Part shown: in pieces, positions 20,214-31,158 of the stretch
How positions within the stretch are numbered: position 1 is the stretch's first letter
How the letters are laid out: every line of letters begins with the position of its first letter
Assembly: GCF_009827135.1 (NCBI RefSeq)
Contig: NZ_CP046534.1
Coordinates: 600,001-632,000 of the forward strand
Length of the DNA stretch: 32,000 nt
Source of the DNA: Blochmannia endosymbiont of Camponotus nipponensis
Lineage (GTDB): Bacteria > Pseudomonadota > Gammaproteobacteria > Enterobacterales > Enterobacteriaceae
Direction: 5' to 3'
Notes under the pieces: model-generated
Told to the model about the DNA's origin: nothing
Database searches by the model: none
The model's input: the letters and a program-made list of their open reading frames with translations, nothing else
Program-made: the position numbers and the translations under genes

Positions 20214-21869
20214 TTAGGTTTTGGAAATGTGTAACTGTGATTCATGCATAATAGATGATATTTGATCAGGGTGAATACGATAAAAAATTATTTTAAATTT
20301 GTTAATTCGGTGATCTAATAAAGGAACAGAAATACTATTCCATGTAAGACGAGTGTTGAGAAAGTGTTCGCTATATTTAGCTAATTTAGGCAAGACGGGT
20401 TTTAAATAGGTCATAAGAACACGGAATAATTGGATACCCATAGAGTAAATAGAAAAAGCCTCTTGTATTCGGGTTGTTTCTTTTGCTATATGCCATGGAG
20501 CATTGTTATTGATATATCTATTAGCGGTGTCTGCTAATTTCATGATTTTGCGCATTGCGTAATTGAAGTCTCTTTTTTGAAATAATTCTCCTATAGAATG
20601 TCTAGATTCAACAAACATATTATACAGTACTGGATGTATTAATTTTTTCGATAAGCGTCCATTATAATATTGATGTATAAATCCGGAATTTCTAGATGCT
20701 AAATTTAATATTTTGTTAATAATATCTGCATTTACTTTAGTAGTAAAATCTGTTAGGTTTAAATCTATATCGTTAATATGGGATGAAAGTTTTGTAGCAT
20801 AGTAATATCTTAAATAATCTGGATTTAAGTATGATAAATAGGTGTTTACGTTGATACAGGTTCCTTTAGATTTTGATATTTTAGATCCGTTTAATGTAAC
20901 ATGTCCGTGGACAAAAATATTGGTTGGTTTACGGAGTTGACTACCTGATAAAACTGCTGGCCAAAATAAGCTGTGAAAGTAGATAATATCTTTACCGATA
21001 AAATGATACAGGTCTGTTTTAGAATTCGTGCTCCAAAAATCTTTAAAAGATATGTTTTTATTTTTTTTACATAAGTTTTTAAAGGTTCCCATATACCCTA
21101 TGGTTGCATCCATCCATACATAAAAGTATTTTTCTGAGGTATCAGGGATCTTAAATCCGAAATAAGGAGCATCTCTAGAAATATCCCATTGTTTTAGACC
21201 TAATTTAAACCATTCTTCTACTTTATTGGCTACTTCTTTTTGTATACTTCCAGATCGGATCCATATACGTAATATATCAGTAAAAGCTGGTAAATCAAAG
21301 AATAAATGTTCAGATTTTCGTATTATTGGAGATGTTCCGGAAATAACTGATTTTGGATTTATAAGATCTAAAGAGGTATAAATAGCGCCACATATTTCAC
21401 AATTATCTCCATATTGTTCAAATGCTTTGCATTTTGGACAAATACCTTTTACAAAACGATCTGGTAAAAATATGTTTTTTTCGGCATCATATAATTGGGA
21501 AATAAATTTAGACTTAATGAATCCATTTTTTTTTAATCGAAAGTAGATATCATGTAGTAAAACACGAGTTTCTTCGCTGTGAGTAGAGTAATAGTTATTA
21601 TAACTAATGCCGAATTTATAGCAATCCTGCTTATGTTCTTTTTGTATTTGGGTAATCATTTTTTCCGGTAATATATTGAGTTGTTGCGATTTTAACATAA
21701 TAGCAGTGCCATGCGCATCATCTGCGCAAATAAAATATACATGATTACCTTGCATGCGTTGATAACGGACCCAGATATCTGCTTGTATATGCTCTAACAT
21801 GTGACCAACATGAAGAGAACCATTAGCGTAAGGTAAGGCGCAAGTAACTAACATTTTTTTTATGGTCAT
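20214..21869 (-). CDS. metG: Methionine--tRNA ligase, core enzyme without the C-terminal tRNA-binding/dimerisation domain
   Basis: 551-aa ORF. It has the HIGH region ([13 protein letters not shown]), the zinc knuckle [18 protein letters not shown] and KMSKS (KISKSKG). It aligns to residues 1 to about 550 of E. coli MetRS (677 aa). Confidence 0.96.
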   Translation of the reverse strand: MTIKKMLVTCALPYANGSLHVGHMLEHIQADIWVRYQRMQGNHVYFICADDAHGTAIMLKSQQLNILPEKMITQIQKEHKQDCYKFGISYNNYYSTHSEETRVLLHDIYFRLKKNGFIKSKFISQLYDAEKNIFLPDRFVKGICPKCKAFEQYGDNCEICGAIYTSLDLINPKSVISGTSPIIRKSEHLFFDLPAFTDILRIWIRSGSIQKEVANKVEEWFKLGLKQWDISRDAPYFGFKIPDTSEKYFYVWMDATIGYMGTFKNLCKKNKNISFKDFWSTNSKTDLYHFIGKDIIYFHSLFWPAVLSGSQLRKPTNIFVHGHVTLNGSKISKSKGTCINVNTYLSYLNPDYLRYYYATKLSSHINDIDLNLTDFTTKVNADIINKILNLASRNSGFIHQYYNGRLSKKLIHPVLYNMFVESRHSIGELFQKRDFNYAMRKIMKLADTANRYINNNAPWHIAKETTRIQEAFSIYSMGIQLFRVLMTYLKPVLPKLAKYSEHFLNTRLTWNSISVPLLDHRINKFKIIFYRIHPDQISSIMHESQLHISKT

Positions 21870-22371
21870 AATAATTAATTTATAGATTTAAATACGTTAT
21901 ATGGCAATGCGTATCATGGGTTATTGAAATATATCATTTAATATTAATATAATTAAAATTATCTTTGGTTTAAATAGTTTTTGTTAATATTGATATAACG
22001 CATTACAATAACAGTATTATAATAAATGCAAGGTATATTTGTACAGATTTATTAAATATTTTAAATTTAATTGAATAGCAACGAGTTATAAAAACTTTAT
22101 CATGATATGTGGCATATGTATACATGTATATGTTGTTTTATAAGATGTTTATTTTATTGTAAATAAGAATTTTAATCGTAACTTTGTAATATTGATAATT
22201 TATTATTATTATTTAAAAGATTTATTTTTTGGTTTAATATTGTTTAAAAATTTTCATTTTTATATTCAATCTTTTTATGTATAATATTTGCGCACTATAA
22301 ATTAGATAGAGATTAGTAGTATCTAATTATTTTAAACATATAAGACATACTTATATCATAGAGGAGTAAAA

Positions 22372-23784
22372 ATGGTTAAACAGCAAAAGATTGGTATTAT
22401 CGGTATGGGCGTTATGGGTCGGAATTTAGCATTAAACATTGAAAGCAGAGGTTATTGTGTTTCCATTTATAATCGTTCTAAGGATAAAACTGAGTCAGTT
22501 ATTGCTAATAATCCAAGAAAAAATATTATTCCATATTATTCAATAAAAGAATTTGTATTATCTTTAGATATCCCTCGGTTTATATTTTTAATGATTACAT
22601 CAGGAATATATATTGATGACATTATTAAAATGTTATCTCTTTATATAAATTCAGGAGACATTTTAATTGATGGTGGTAATTCATTTTATAAAGATACTAT
22701 GCGTCGCAATTTTGAATTGTCAAAAAAAGGGATAAATTTTATTGGCACTGGAATTTCTGGAGGAGAAGAAGGAGCTTTAAAAGGGCCCTCATTGATGCCT
22801 GGAGGACAGATGGATGCGTATAAAATGGTTGAATCAATTTTTAAAAAAATTGCTGCTCGTGTCGATGATGAAGCTTGTGTAGCATATATAGGACCGAATG
22901 GATCTGGTCACTATGTAAAAATGATACACAATGGTATGGAATATGGAGATATGCAGATAATTGCCGAAATATATTTTTTTCTAAAAAATGTGTTTCATTT
23001 GACTCATGAGGAATTAGGAGAAATTTTTAATCAATGGAATCAAGGTGAATTAAATAGTTATCTTATCGAGATAACGAGTCGTATCTTTGTTAAACGAGAT
23101 ACTCATCATGGTTATGTTATTGATTCTGTATTGGATGTGGCAGGAAATAAGGGTACTGGAGCGTGGGCTAGTCAAGATGCAATTGAATTAGGAATACCAT
23201 TGAACATGATTACAGATTCAGTGTTTGCTCGTTATATATCCGTTCTTAAAAAGCAACGTATTAAAGCATCAAAAATATTGTTGGGGCCCTTCAATAGGAA
23301 AAATTGTGTTGAAGATAAATATTTATATTTGGAAAAAGCACGGAAATCGTTGTATTTGAGTAAGATTATTTTATATGCTCAAGGTTTTTATCAATTGAAA
23401 ATTGCGTCTGATAAGTATCATTGGGGGTTGAATTTTAAACAAATTGCTCAAATTTTTCGTGCAGGATGTATAATAAAATCAAAATTTTTACAAAAAATTA
23501 TCAATATTTATTCTCAAACTCCAGAAATTACTAATTTGCTATTATCTTCGTATTGTGTTACTGTTGCGAATGATTATCAACAAATGTTGAGAGATGTAGT
23601 GGTTTGCGGTATTAAGCATGGTATTCCAATGATTACATTGTCTGCTGCTATAGCGTATTATGATAGTTATCGTAGTAATTTGTTGCCTGCAAATCTTATT
23701 CAAGCTCAGCGGGATTGTTTTGGCGCGCATACTTATGCGTGTGTTGATAAAAAAGGTACATTCCATATTGATTGGTTAAAATGA
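22372..23784 (+). CDS. gnd: 6-phosphogluconate dehydrogenase, decarboxylating
   Basis: 470-aa [31 protein letters not shown] matches E. coli Gnd [33 protein letters not shown] at 22361-22366 lies 5 nt upstream of the ATG. Confidence 0.97.
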   Translation: MVKQQKIGIIGMGVMGRNLALNIESRGYCVSIYNRSKDKTESVIANNPRKNIIPYYSIKEFVLSLDIPRFIFLMITSGIYIDDIIKMLSLYINSGDILIDGGNSFYKDTMRRNFELSKKGINFIGTGISGGEEGALKGPSLMPGGQMDAYKMVESIFKKIAARVDDEACVAYIGPNGSGHYVKMIHNGMEYGDMQIIAEIYFFLKNVFHLTHEELGEIFNQWNQGELNSYLIEITSRIFVKRDTHHGYVIDSVLDVAGNKGTGAWASQDAIELGIPLNMITDSVFARYISVLKKQRIKASKILLGPFNRKNCVEDKYLYLEKARKSLYLSKIILYAQGFYQLKIASDKYHWGLNFKQIAQIFRAGCIIKSKFLQKIINIYSQTPEITNLLLSSYCVTVANDYQQMLRDVVVCGIKHGIPMITLSAAIAYYDSYRSNLLPANLIQAQRDCFGAHTYACVDKKGTFHIDWLK

Positions 23785-23834
23785 ATATAAGAGCAATATT
23801 TGTTTATTCATCAAATTGTTTGAATAGTATGGTA

Positions 23835-23860
23835 AATATCCCATGATGTAATGGGATATT
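23835..23860 (+). terminator. Stem-loop 50 nt downstream of gnd (possible 3'-end or terminator structure)
   Basis: AATATCCCAT (23835..23844) and ATGGGATATT (23851..23860) are exact reverse complements around the loop GATGTA. No U-tract follows on either strand, so the terminator call is tentative. Confidence 0.3.
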
Positions 23861-24064
23861 GAGAGGGATGAATGGTTATAATTCTTATTGTAGAGAAATG
23901 CTTAATATATATTTGGTAGATTTTATCTATAAGATTTTTGTTATTTTAATAAAAAATTGAATAGGTGTTTTAATAAATTTTGTTGTGTTTTTTATTTTTG
24001 AATACTAATTGTGATTGTTGATATTTTTTTATCATATTATTTTATTTGTTTTATGTTTTATTGT

Positions 24065-24700
24065 TTAAGGATTTTTATCCTGGTGTCTTATTTGTAATTC
24101 TTGGACAATTGCGTTAAAGGTTAATGATTGGTGTTGCAATAAGACTAATAGATGATAGATTAAGTCTGATGCTTCATTAACGAGTTCTGTTTTATTTTCA
24201 CAGGAAATCGCTGCAAGTGCTGTTTCTAGACCTTCTTCTCCGACTTTTTGAGCAATACGTTTGATACCACTGGCATATAATTGAGAGGTATAAGATGTGT
24301 TAGTAGGATGGAATGGTATATTTTTTTTTGAAGATATAATATTTTCCAATTGGTAAAGGAAACTTAATTCTGCTATCCCAGGATGGAAGCAGCTGCTAGT
24401 GTTATTATGACAAGTAGGACCATGGGGTAAAACAAAAATCAATAATGCATCATGATCACAATCTGCGTACCAATTAACTAATTTCAATATGTTTCCAGAT
24501 TTTTCTCCTTTGGTCCATAATCTATTTTTGCTTCGTGAAAAAAAAGTAACATATTTGGTTTGTTCTGTTTTCATCATTGATTCTTTATTCATGTGGCCTA
24601 GCATCAACACTTCTCCTGATTTAGCGTGTTGTATGATAGCAGGTATTAGTCCGTGATTTTTAGTCCAATTTAATTGTTGATGCTTATTTTTAATTAACAT
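24065..24700 (-). CDS. hisI: Bifunctional phosphoribosyl-AMP cyclohydrolase / phosphoribosyl-ATP pyrophosphatase
   Basis: 211-aa [42 protein letters not shown] and [23 protein letters not shown] match E. coli HisIE. It is the last gene of the his operon. Confidence 0.95.
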   Translation of the reverse strand: MLIKNKHQQLNWTKNHGLIPAIIQHAKSGEVLMLGHMNKESMMKTEQTKYVTFFSRSKNRLWTKGEKSGNILKLVNWYADCDHDALLIFVLPHGPTCHNNTSSCFHPGIAELSFLYQLENIISSKKNIPFHPTNTSYTSQLYASGIKRIAQKVGEEGLETALAAISCENKTELVNEASDLIYHLLVLLQHQSLTFNAIVQELQIRHQDKNP

Positions 24701-25470
24701 AATCTAATATTTATTCCTTTTTTAATTAAGAACTGTTTTAATTGATATATATGAATATTTTCTTTATGAAACACTGAAGCTGCCAATGCACCGTCTACAT
24801 CAGCATCACGAAAAGCTTCTAAAAAATGGGTAGGGGTACCAGCCCCACCAGAAGCTATAAGCGGAACTTTACAATGTTTTCTGATATATCGTAATTGATT
24901 TAAATCATACCCATTTTTCATTCCGTCTTGATTCATCATGTTTAATACTATTTCTCCGGCTCCATATTCTTGCGCTTTTTTAACCCAATCCAATGTTTGC
25001 CATGTTGTGGTTTTTGCTCGAGAACTATCTCCAGTATAGCATTGTACTTGATAATTTTTTTTTTCAGGATTATGCCAAGTATCGATGCTAACTACAACAC
25101 ATTGTGCACCTAAGTGATCAGATAGTTCTTTTATTAGCATTGGGTTGATTAACGCGGGAGAATTAATCGAAATTTTATCTGCTCCAGATGCAAGAATCTG
25201 TTTAGCTTGTTTTAATGTACTTATACCTCCAGCAACACAAAATGGTATATTTATTACTTCCGCAACTTGAGAAATCCATTTCTTATTGACTACTTGATTG
25301 TTAGGTGATGCTGTGATGTCATAAAATACCAATTCATCAGCTCCTTCTTGCGCATAACGATATGCTAAATCTAAGATATCTCCTACAATTTTGTGATCTT
25401 TAAATTGTATTCCTTTTATTACTTTATTATTAGCTACGTCAAGACATGGAATTATTCGTTTTGCCAACAT
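24694..25470 (-). CDS. hisF: Imidazole glycerol phosphate synthase, cyclase subunit
   Basis: 258-aa ORF starting [12 protein letters not shown], the same length as E. coli HisF. It overlaps hisI by 7 nt. Confidence 0.96.
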   Translation of the reverse strand: MLAKRIIPCLDVANNKVIKGIQFKDHKIVGDILDLAYRYAQEGADELVFYDITASPNNQVVNKKWISQVAEVINIPFCVAGGISTLKQAKQILASGADKISINSPALINPMLIKELSDHLGAQCVVVSIDTWHNPEKKNYQVQCYTGDSSRAKTTTWQTLDWVKKAQEYGAGEIVLNMMNQDGMKNGYDLNQLRYIRKHCKVPLIASGGAGTPTHFLEAFRDADVDGALAASVFHKENIHIYQLKQFLIKKGINIRLC

Positions 25471-26192
25471 GATATAGCCTCATTAACAGTAAATTTTTTT
25501 TCTAAAAAAGCACGGCCAATAATGATTCCTTTGATTCCAGAAGAACGTAATTTGGATATTTCTGTTAATTTATGAACACCTCCGGATGATTGAAACGATA
25601 TTTTTGGCCAAGAATTACATATTGATTGATATAAAGATATATTGCTACCTAATAGGGTTCCATCTTTAGAGATATCTGTGCAAAGGACATGTTTTAATCC
25701 TACAGCATAATATTCCTCTATTATTTGTTCTAATTGTAAATTAGTTTCTTTTTGCCAGCCATAGATAGCAATTTTTCGATTTTCTGCGGAATAAATACGT
25801 AAATCTACTGCTAAGACTAAGGTGTTTGGATCAAAATATTCAAACCATTTTTTTACTATTTTTGGTTGTGTAACTGCTATGGAGCCTAATACTATACGTG
25901 TCGCTCCTGATTTTAGAAGAGTTTCTATATCTTTAGCGTTACGTATACCTCCTCCTATTTGTATTCTTGATAGAGGAGTAGTTTTTTTTATTAATTGGTT
26001 AATTAGTAGATTTTGTCTTTTTTCTGGATTTTTAGCTCCATCTAGGTCAACTAGATGGAGCATTTTTGCTCCTTGGTTTATATATTTTTTCAGTAATGAT
26101 GTAGGGTTTCCGTAATTAGTTTGCATATGGTAAGATCCTTGATATAGTCTAACTATTTTTCCATTAATAATATCTAACGCAGGAATGATCAT
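25452..26192 (-). CDS. hisA: ProFAR isomerase (1-(5-phosphoribosyl)-5-[(5-phosphoribosylamino)methylideneamino]imidazole-4-carboxamide isomerase)
   Basis: 246-aa [24 protein letters not shown] and ...[13 protein letters not shown] match E. coli HisA ([21 protein letters not shown] ... FTVKEAIACWQNA). Confidence 0.96.
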   Translation of the reverse strand: MIIPALDIINGKIVRLYQGSYHMQTNYGNPTSLLKKYINQGAKMLHLVDLDGAKNPEKRQNLLINQLIKKTTPLSRIQIGGGIRNAKDIETLLKSGATRIVLGSIAVTQPKIVKKWFEYFDPNTLVLAVDLRIYSAENRKIAIYGWQKETNLQLEQIIEEYYAVGLKHVLCTDISKDGTLLGSNISLYQSICNSWPKISFQSSGGVHKLTEISKLRSSGIKGIIIGRAFLEKKFTVNEAISCWQNE

Positions 26193-26195
26193 AAA

Positions 26196-26785
26196 TTATA
26201 TCTCCAAAAAATTTTTTACTAATTGTTGCCCAGGTATGCCTGATTTTTCTGGATGAAATTGTACACCAAAAAAATTTTTATATTCTATAACCGAACTGAA
26301 TGATTGTCCGTAATTTGTTTGAGAGATTGTCACATGACATATTTCTATGCAGTAGCTATGTGCAAAATAAAAGTAATTATTCTCTTTTATACCATAAAAT
26401 AAATAATGTTTTTTGGGAATAGTAATTGTATTCCAACCCATATGCGGTAGTGGAAAACCGTAGTATTGTATACGTTTGGTAGGCACATTAATGATGTTTA
26501 GAGTTTTTACACCATTATTTTCAGAACTTACAGAACCAAATAATTGCATTCCTAAACAAATACCTAATACTGGTTTAGTATGATTTTGTATTAATGCAAC
26601 TAGATTTTTTTTTTTAATTGCTCCATTGCGGCTGAAGCGGTACCTACTCCTGGTAAAAATAATTTGTCCGCTTGAGAAATAATATCAGTTTTATCAGTTA
26701 TTATGGGATTATGCCCTAATCTATGCAACATAGTTTTCACGGAAAATAAATTAGAGCAGTTGGTATTTACAATAACTATATTCAT
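26196..26785 (-). pseudogene. hisH: Imidazole glycerol phosphate synthase glutaminase subunit, interrupted by a frameshift in an A11 homopolymer (possibly still expressed through slippage)
   Basis: ORF 26600..26785 covers HisH residues 1-60 and ends at TAG directly after the poly(A) run. ORF 26196..26549, extended upstream in its own frame, gives NLVALIQNHTKPVLGICLGMQLFG.... One extra A, or two fewer, joins the two parts into a 196-aa HisH, the E. coli length. Confidence 0.9.
26605..26615 (-). repeat. Poly(A)11 homopolymer (T11 on the + strand) at the hisH frameshift site
   Basis: Counted directly: tagaTTTTTT TTTTTaattg, with T at 26605..26615. Confidence 0.95.
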
Positions 26786-27852
26786 AGTAGTATTCCTTTA
26801 GAGCTAGGTATGTTATTATTTTCTACATAAATGGCTTGGCGTAGTGATCGCCCGAAAGACTTAAATAAGCTTTCTGCTTTATGGTGATCGTTCGTTCCAA
26901 TTACTTTTAGATGTAAAGCACAACCCATCTTTGAAGATAATGAACGGAAAAAATGCTCTATCATTTCAGTGCTGAGATCTCCTATTTTTTGAAAATTATA
27001 TTTAGCTTCATAACAGAAGTATGCTCGTCCAGATAAATCTAATGTGCATTGTGCAATGCTTTCATCCATAGGTAAGGTGAAACCAAATCTTCCTATACCA
27101 CATTTATTGCCTAATGCAGCGTTTAGAGCTTCTCCTAATGTTAAAGCGGTATCTTCAATAGTGTGGTGATCGTCTATATGTAAATCACCTTTTGCTATAA
27201 TATTCATACGTAATCCAGCATGTACAGCTATTTGCTGTAACATATGATTAAAAAAATTAATTCCAGTATTAATATAACTTTTGTTATTTTGATCTAACCA
27301 TATTTTTATGTTCACATTAGTTTCTTCAGTAGCGCGATAAACATGCGCTGATCTGTAATGTTGTATTAAATAATTTTTAATTTTTTCCCAACCAAAATTA
27401 CTGCGATGATATTGTATTCCTTGAATACCCATGTTAGCTGCTAAAATCATATCAGTATCTCTATCCCCTATAACATAACTATTAAATTTGTTTAGTTTGT
27501 TATTGTTTAGCCAGTAATTTACTAATGCAGTTTTTGGTTTTCGACAATTACATTGTTCTTCAGGAAAATGAGGGCAAATTAATATTTGATTAAATTTAAT
27601 ACCCTGAGATTGAAATATTTGAATCATTAGATGATGAGGTTTATTAAATTTTTCTTGAGGAAACGAAGTGCTTCCTAACCCATTTTGATTAGTAACTATA
27701 ACAAATTCAAAACCTATGTTTTTTAGTGTTATAAGGGCAGAAATGACATGTGGTTCTAGTGATAATTTGTCTAAAGAATCAATTTGAAAATTGTCTTTTG
27801 GTTCATTAATTAGAGTTCCATCACGATCTATAAACAAAATTTTATGACTCAT
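26782..27852 (-). CDS. hisB: Bifunctional histidinol-phosphatase / imidazoleglycerol-phosphate dehydratase
   Basis: 356-aa ORF. It has the N-terminal HAD motif [11 protein letters not shown] and the C-terminal dehydratase motifs ([36 protein letters not shown]). It overlaps hisH by 4 nt. Confidence 0.96.
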   Translation of the reverse strand: MSHKILFIDRDGTLINEPKDNFQIDSLDKLSLEPHVISALITLKNIGFEFVIVTNQNGLGSTSFPQEKFNKPHHLMIQIFQSQGIKFNQILICPHFPEEQCNCRKPKTALVNYWLNNNKLNKFNSYVIGDRDTDMILAANMGIQGIQYHRSNFGWEKIKNYLIQHYRSAHVYRATEETNVNIKIWLDQNNKSYINTGINFFNHMLQQIAVHAGLRMNIIAKGDLHIDDHHTIEDTALTLGEALNAALGNKCGIGRFGFTLPMDESIAQCTLDLSGRAYFCYEAKYNFQKIGDLSTEMIEHFFRSLSSKMGCALHLKVIGTNDHHKAESLFKSFGRSLRQAIYVENNNIPSSKGILL

Positions 27853-28945
27853 GAGTGCTCCTATTTATATATGCAGATAACGATGGAGTATGTAGTTTTC
27901 TTAAAATAGAAATTACATGTTTACATTCATTATATGTGCCAACAGTAATACGTAAGCAATGCATTAATCCTGGTTGGCTACTTTGATCTCGTAAAATTAT
28001 ACCCTGGCGTAATAATGTATTAAAAATTTGATATTTTGGATGAAATCTAACTAATACATAATTAGCATTACTGTCAAATACTTTTTGCACACAAGAGCAT
28101 TGCTGTAAACCTGTAATTAATATGTTACGGTTTTTATTGATTGTATCTATTCTATTTAGAGTATATTGTATATTTTTCGGAGTTAAAGCTTGTTCTGCAA
28201 TATCAATTACTGGAATAGATAGTGGATATGGTGCTATTACTTTTTCTAATAATTTGATAATTTCTGGGTTAGCTAAAGTAAAACCACAGCGTAATCCTGC
28301 TAGCGCGAAAGCTTTAGATAATGTTCTTAGGATTACCAGATGAGGATATATTGATAACCATCGTACTAGACTTGCATTGGGACAAAAGTCAACATATGCT
28401 TCATCAGTTACTAATATAGCCTTATCTTGAATGATATCTAATAATTTTTTTAAACTATTTACATGAATAATATTACCAGTAGGATTATTTGGGTTACAAA
28501 TATAAATCAATTTGACATTGTTTAATTGTGACTCAATAGATGTTAAATCAAGTTGCCAGTTCTTTTTCTTGAGTATAATCCGATAATTAATTCCTAAAAT
28601 TTCTGCAGTGGTTTTGTACATGCCGTATGTTGGAGGGCAAAATATAATAACGTCTTTTCCAGGATTACAGAAAACTTTCATTAATAATTCAATGCTTTCA
28701 TCGGCTCCTCTGGATACTAAAATTTGATCGGATCGTACTCCAGCGTAATCAGCATAGTTGTTGATTATTTCTTGTGGCTGACAAGAAGGATATCTATGCA
28801 TTTTTTTATAACGAAATTGATAATTGGGAGCAATCGGGAATTCATTAGCGTCAAGCCATATATTACCGGAATATGTTAATTTTCTAGCAGACTGATAAGG
28901 TTTAAGAGCCAGTATGTCACTCCTGGCCAAGTAACGAACGTTCAT
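27842..28945 (-). CDS. hisC: Histidinol-phosphate aminotransferase
   Basis: 367-aa [21 protein letters not shown] and the PLP-lysine region [21 protein letters not shown] are almost identical to E. coli HisC. Confidence 0.96.
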   Translation of the reverse strand: MNVRYLARSDILALKPYQSARKLTYSGNIWLDANEFPIAPNYQFRYKKMHRYPSCQPQEIINNYADYAGVRSDQILVSRGADESIELLMKVFCNPGKDVIIFCPPTYGMYKTTAEILGINYRIILKKKNWQLDLTSIESQLNNVKLIYICNPNNPTGNIIHVNSLKKLLDIIQDKAILVTDEAYVDFCPNASLVRWLSIYPHLVILRTLSKAFALAGLRCGFTLANPEIIKLLEKVIAPYPLSIPVIDIAEQALTPKNIQYTLNRIDTINKNRNILITGLQQCSCVQKVFDSNANYVLVRFHPKYQIFNTLLRQGIILRDQSSQPGLMHCLRITVGTYNECKHVISILRKLHTPSLSAYINRSTHES

Positions 28946-30254
28946 TTTGTTCCTTGATATAATTTATACGGTGTGTTACGGCATATTCATGGGCTTTTAA
29001 TTGTTCAATTTGTGTTAACGTTTTAATTGTTGATGATAGTTGTAATAATGCATTTTGTGTTAATTGTTGCACTGATATTCTTTTTTGAAAATCTATCACT
29101 CCTACACCAGATGTGTTAATCGCATGCCCATATGTAGGTAACACATGATTAGGTCCGCTTACATAATCTCCAGCAGTTGCTGGAGACCAATTACCAAGAA
29201 ATATGGATCCAGCATTAATGATATGATGTAAATAATCTGATGCATTTTTAATTTGAATAATCAAGTGTTCTGGAGCATAGCTATTACTTATATAAAAACA
29301 TTCTGTTAAATTATTAGTAATAATAATACGACTATTTATTAGCGCATTATTAATGATACTACTACGTGGCAGTATTTGTAATTGCTTATATAGTGCTTGT
29401 TTTGTTTGTTCCGCAATATATGTATTTGGAGTTATGAGTATTACATGTGAATCAGGTCCGTGTTCCGCTTGTGATAACAGATCTGCTGCGATAAAAGTAG
29501 GATTAGCTGTATTATCTGCAATAATTAAAACTTCGGAAGGTCCAGCTAACATATCAATTGTTGTTCCATTTGGTGTAAGGTTAATTTGTCTTTTTGCTTC
29601 TGTAACCCAAGCGTTACCTGGTCCAAATATTTTATCTACTTTTGGAATAGACTCAGTACCAAATCCCATAGCGGCGATGGCTTGACTACCTCCTACTTGA
29701 TAAATTTCATTTATACCACAAAGTTGTGCTGTATATATAATAACTTCGGGAATTGGGGGAGGAGAACATAATATCACACGTCTACATTGTGCGATACGAG
29801 CTGGAATGCCCAACATCATTACTGTTGAGATTAATGGCGCGGTTCCTCCTGGTACATATAATCCTACAATATTTAATGGACGAATAATTTGTTGGCAGTA
29901 TACGCCTGGAAAAGTTTCTAAACTTATTTCTGAGGAATATTGTGCTTGATGAAATCGTTTTATGTTAGTCATGGCGACATGTATTGCTTGTTTTATATCG
30001 TCAGATAAGTTATGACCTGAATTTGTGATAGTTTCATCTGGAATTTGCAATTGCTTGGTTTGGGCGTTGTCAAAATCGATATTAAATCTAAATAAAGCAC
30101 GATCTCCTTCGTTATAAACTTGTTTGAGTATATTTTTAACATTTCTACAAATATCGTTTAAGTTTTTGTTGATTGGACGAATAAGTAATGTTTTTTTTTC
30201 AGATTCGGAACAATTATTCCAATAAATAGATATAGGATGTTCATAAGAAATCAT
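28917..30254 (-). CDS. hisD: Histidinol dehydrogenase
   Basis: 445-aa ORF. KIFGPGNAWVTEAKRQ, LLSQAEHGPDS, YAPEHLIIQ and GDYVSGPNHVLPTYG match E. coli HisD. It overlaps hisC by 29 nt. Confidence 0.96.
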   Translation of the reverse strand: MISYEHPISIYWNNCSESEKKTLLIRPINKNLNDICRNVKNILKQVYNEGDRALFRFNIDFDNAQTKQLQIPDETITNSGHNLSDDIKQAIHVAMTNIKRFHQAQYSSEISLETFPGVYCQQIIRPLNIVGLYVPGGTAPLISTVMMLGIPARIAQCRRVILCSPPPIPEVIIYTAQLCGINEIYQVGGSQAIAAMGFGTESIPKVDKIFGPGNAWVTEAKRQINLTPNGTTIDMLAGPSEVLIIADNTANPTFIAADLLSQAEHGPDSHVILITPNTYIAEQTKQALYKQLQILPRSSIINNALINSRIIITNNLTECFYISNSYAPEHLIIQIKNASDYLHHIINAGSIFLGNWSPATAGDYVSGPNHVLPTYGHAINTSGVGVIDFQKRISVQQLTQNALLQLSSTIKTLTQIEQLKAHEYAVTHRINYIKEQNERSLLGQE

Positions 30255-30258
30255 AATA

Positions 30259-31158
30259 TTATTCCATCATTTTTTCTATTGGTAACACTAAAATAGAACT
30301 AGCTCCAAGATTTTTTAAATTTTCCATTGTTTCCCAAAATAATGTTTCGTTGCTTACCATATATATTGCCACGCGATGTTGATTGCCTGCTAATGGTAAT
30401 ACTGTTGGGCTTTCTGCTCCAGGTAGTAAATTAATAATTTCTTCTAGTTGTTCAGCAGGAGCATGTAGCATTATATACTTTGATTCTCTAGCTTGAATTA
30501 CTCCTTGAATACGGACCATCAATTTGTTTATTAATGACTGTTTTATTGTTGATAATTTTCCAGAGCGCTGGATAAGACATGCTCTAGATCGATAAATTAC
30601 TTCTACTTCATGTAATCCGTTAGCTTCTAATGTAGCTCCAGTAGAAACTAGATCACAAATTGCGTCTGCTAGTCCAGCACGTGGTGCTACTTCTACTGAG
30701 CCATTTAATAAACAGGATTTAAAATTAATATCTAATTTATCTAAGTACTGTTTTAGTAGGTGCGGATATGAAGTAGCAATCCGTTTTCCTTGTAAACACT
30801 TTGGGCCGTTCCATGGTTCATCTATGGGTAAAGCCATGGATAATCGACAATTTCCAAAATCTAATCGACGTAACATAATATAACAAGGATTGTCTCCTTG
30901 CGCTTGTCTTGTTAACAACGCTTCTTCTAATACATTTTCTCCAATAATACCTAGATCTACTATACTATCCATAACTAAACCAGGAATATCATCATCTCGT
31001 ACTCTCATAATATCGATAGCCATGTTTTCTGAGAACGCTAGTAGACGTTGTTGTTGTAAATTGATTTTAATTCCACAGTGTTCAAGAAGTTGTTGGGATT
31101 CTCTGCTTAATCTTCCTGATTTTTGTATCGCTATTCGTAACCGTAATCTATCTAGCAT
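30259..31158 (-). CDS. hisG: ATP phosphoribosyltransferase (long form)
   Basis: 299-aa ORF, the same length as E. coli His[33 protein letters not shown] resembles E. coli [32 protein letters not shown]. It is the first gene of the operon. Confidence 0.96.
   Translation of the reverse strand: MLDRLRLRIAIQKSGRLSRESQQLLEHCGIKINLQQQRLLAFSENMAIDIMRVRDDDIPGLVMDSIVDLGIIGENVLEEALLTRQAQGDNPCYIMLRRLDFGNCRLSMALPIDEPWNGPKCLQGKRIATSYPHLLKQYLDKLDINFKSCLLNGSVEVAPRAGLADAICDLVSTGATLEANGLHEVEVIYRSRACLIQRSGKLSTIKQSLINKLMVRIQGVIQARESKYIMLHAPAEQLEEIINLLPGAESPTVLPLAGNQHRVAIYMVSNETLFWETMENLKNLGASSILVLPIEKMME

Noticed and set aside
22276-22284. ATGTATAAT upstream of gnd, as an extended -10 promoter.
   Set aside because: The TATAAT is perfect, but the TG sits one base too close for the TGnTATAAT consensus, and no -35 is evident. 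The hexamer is frequent by chance at this composition, so the call is plausible but unsupported.
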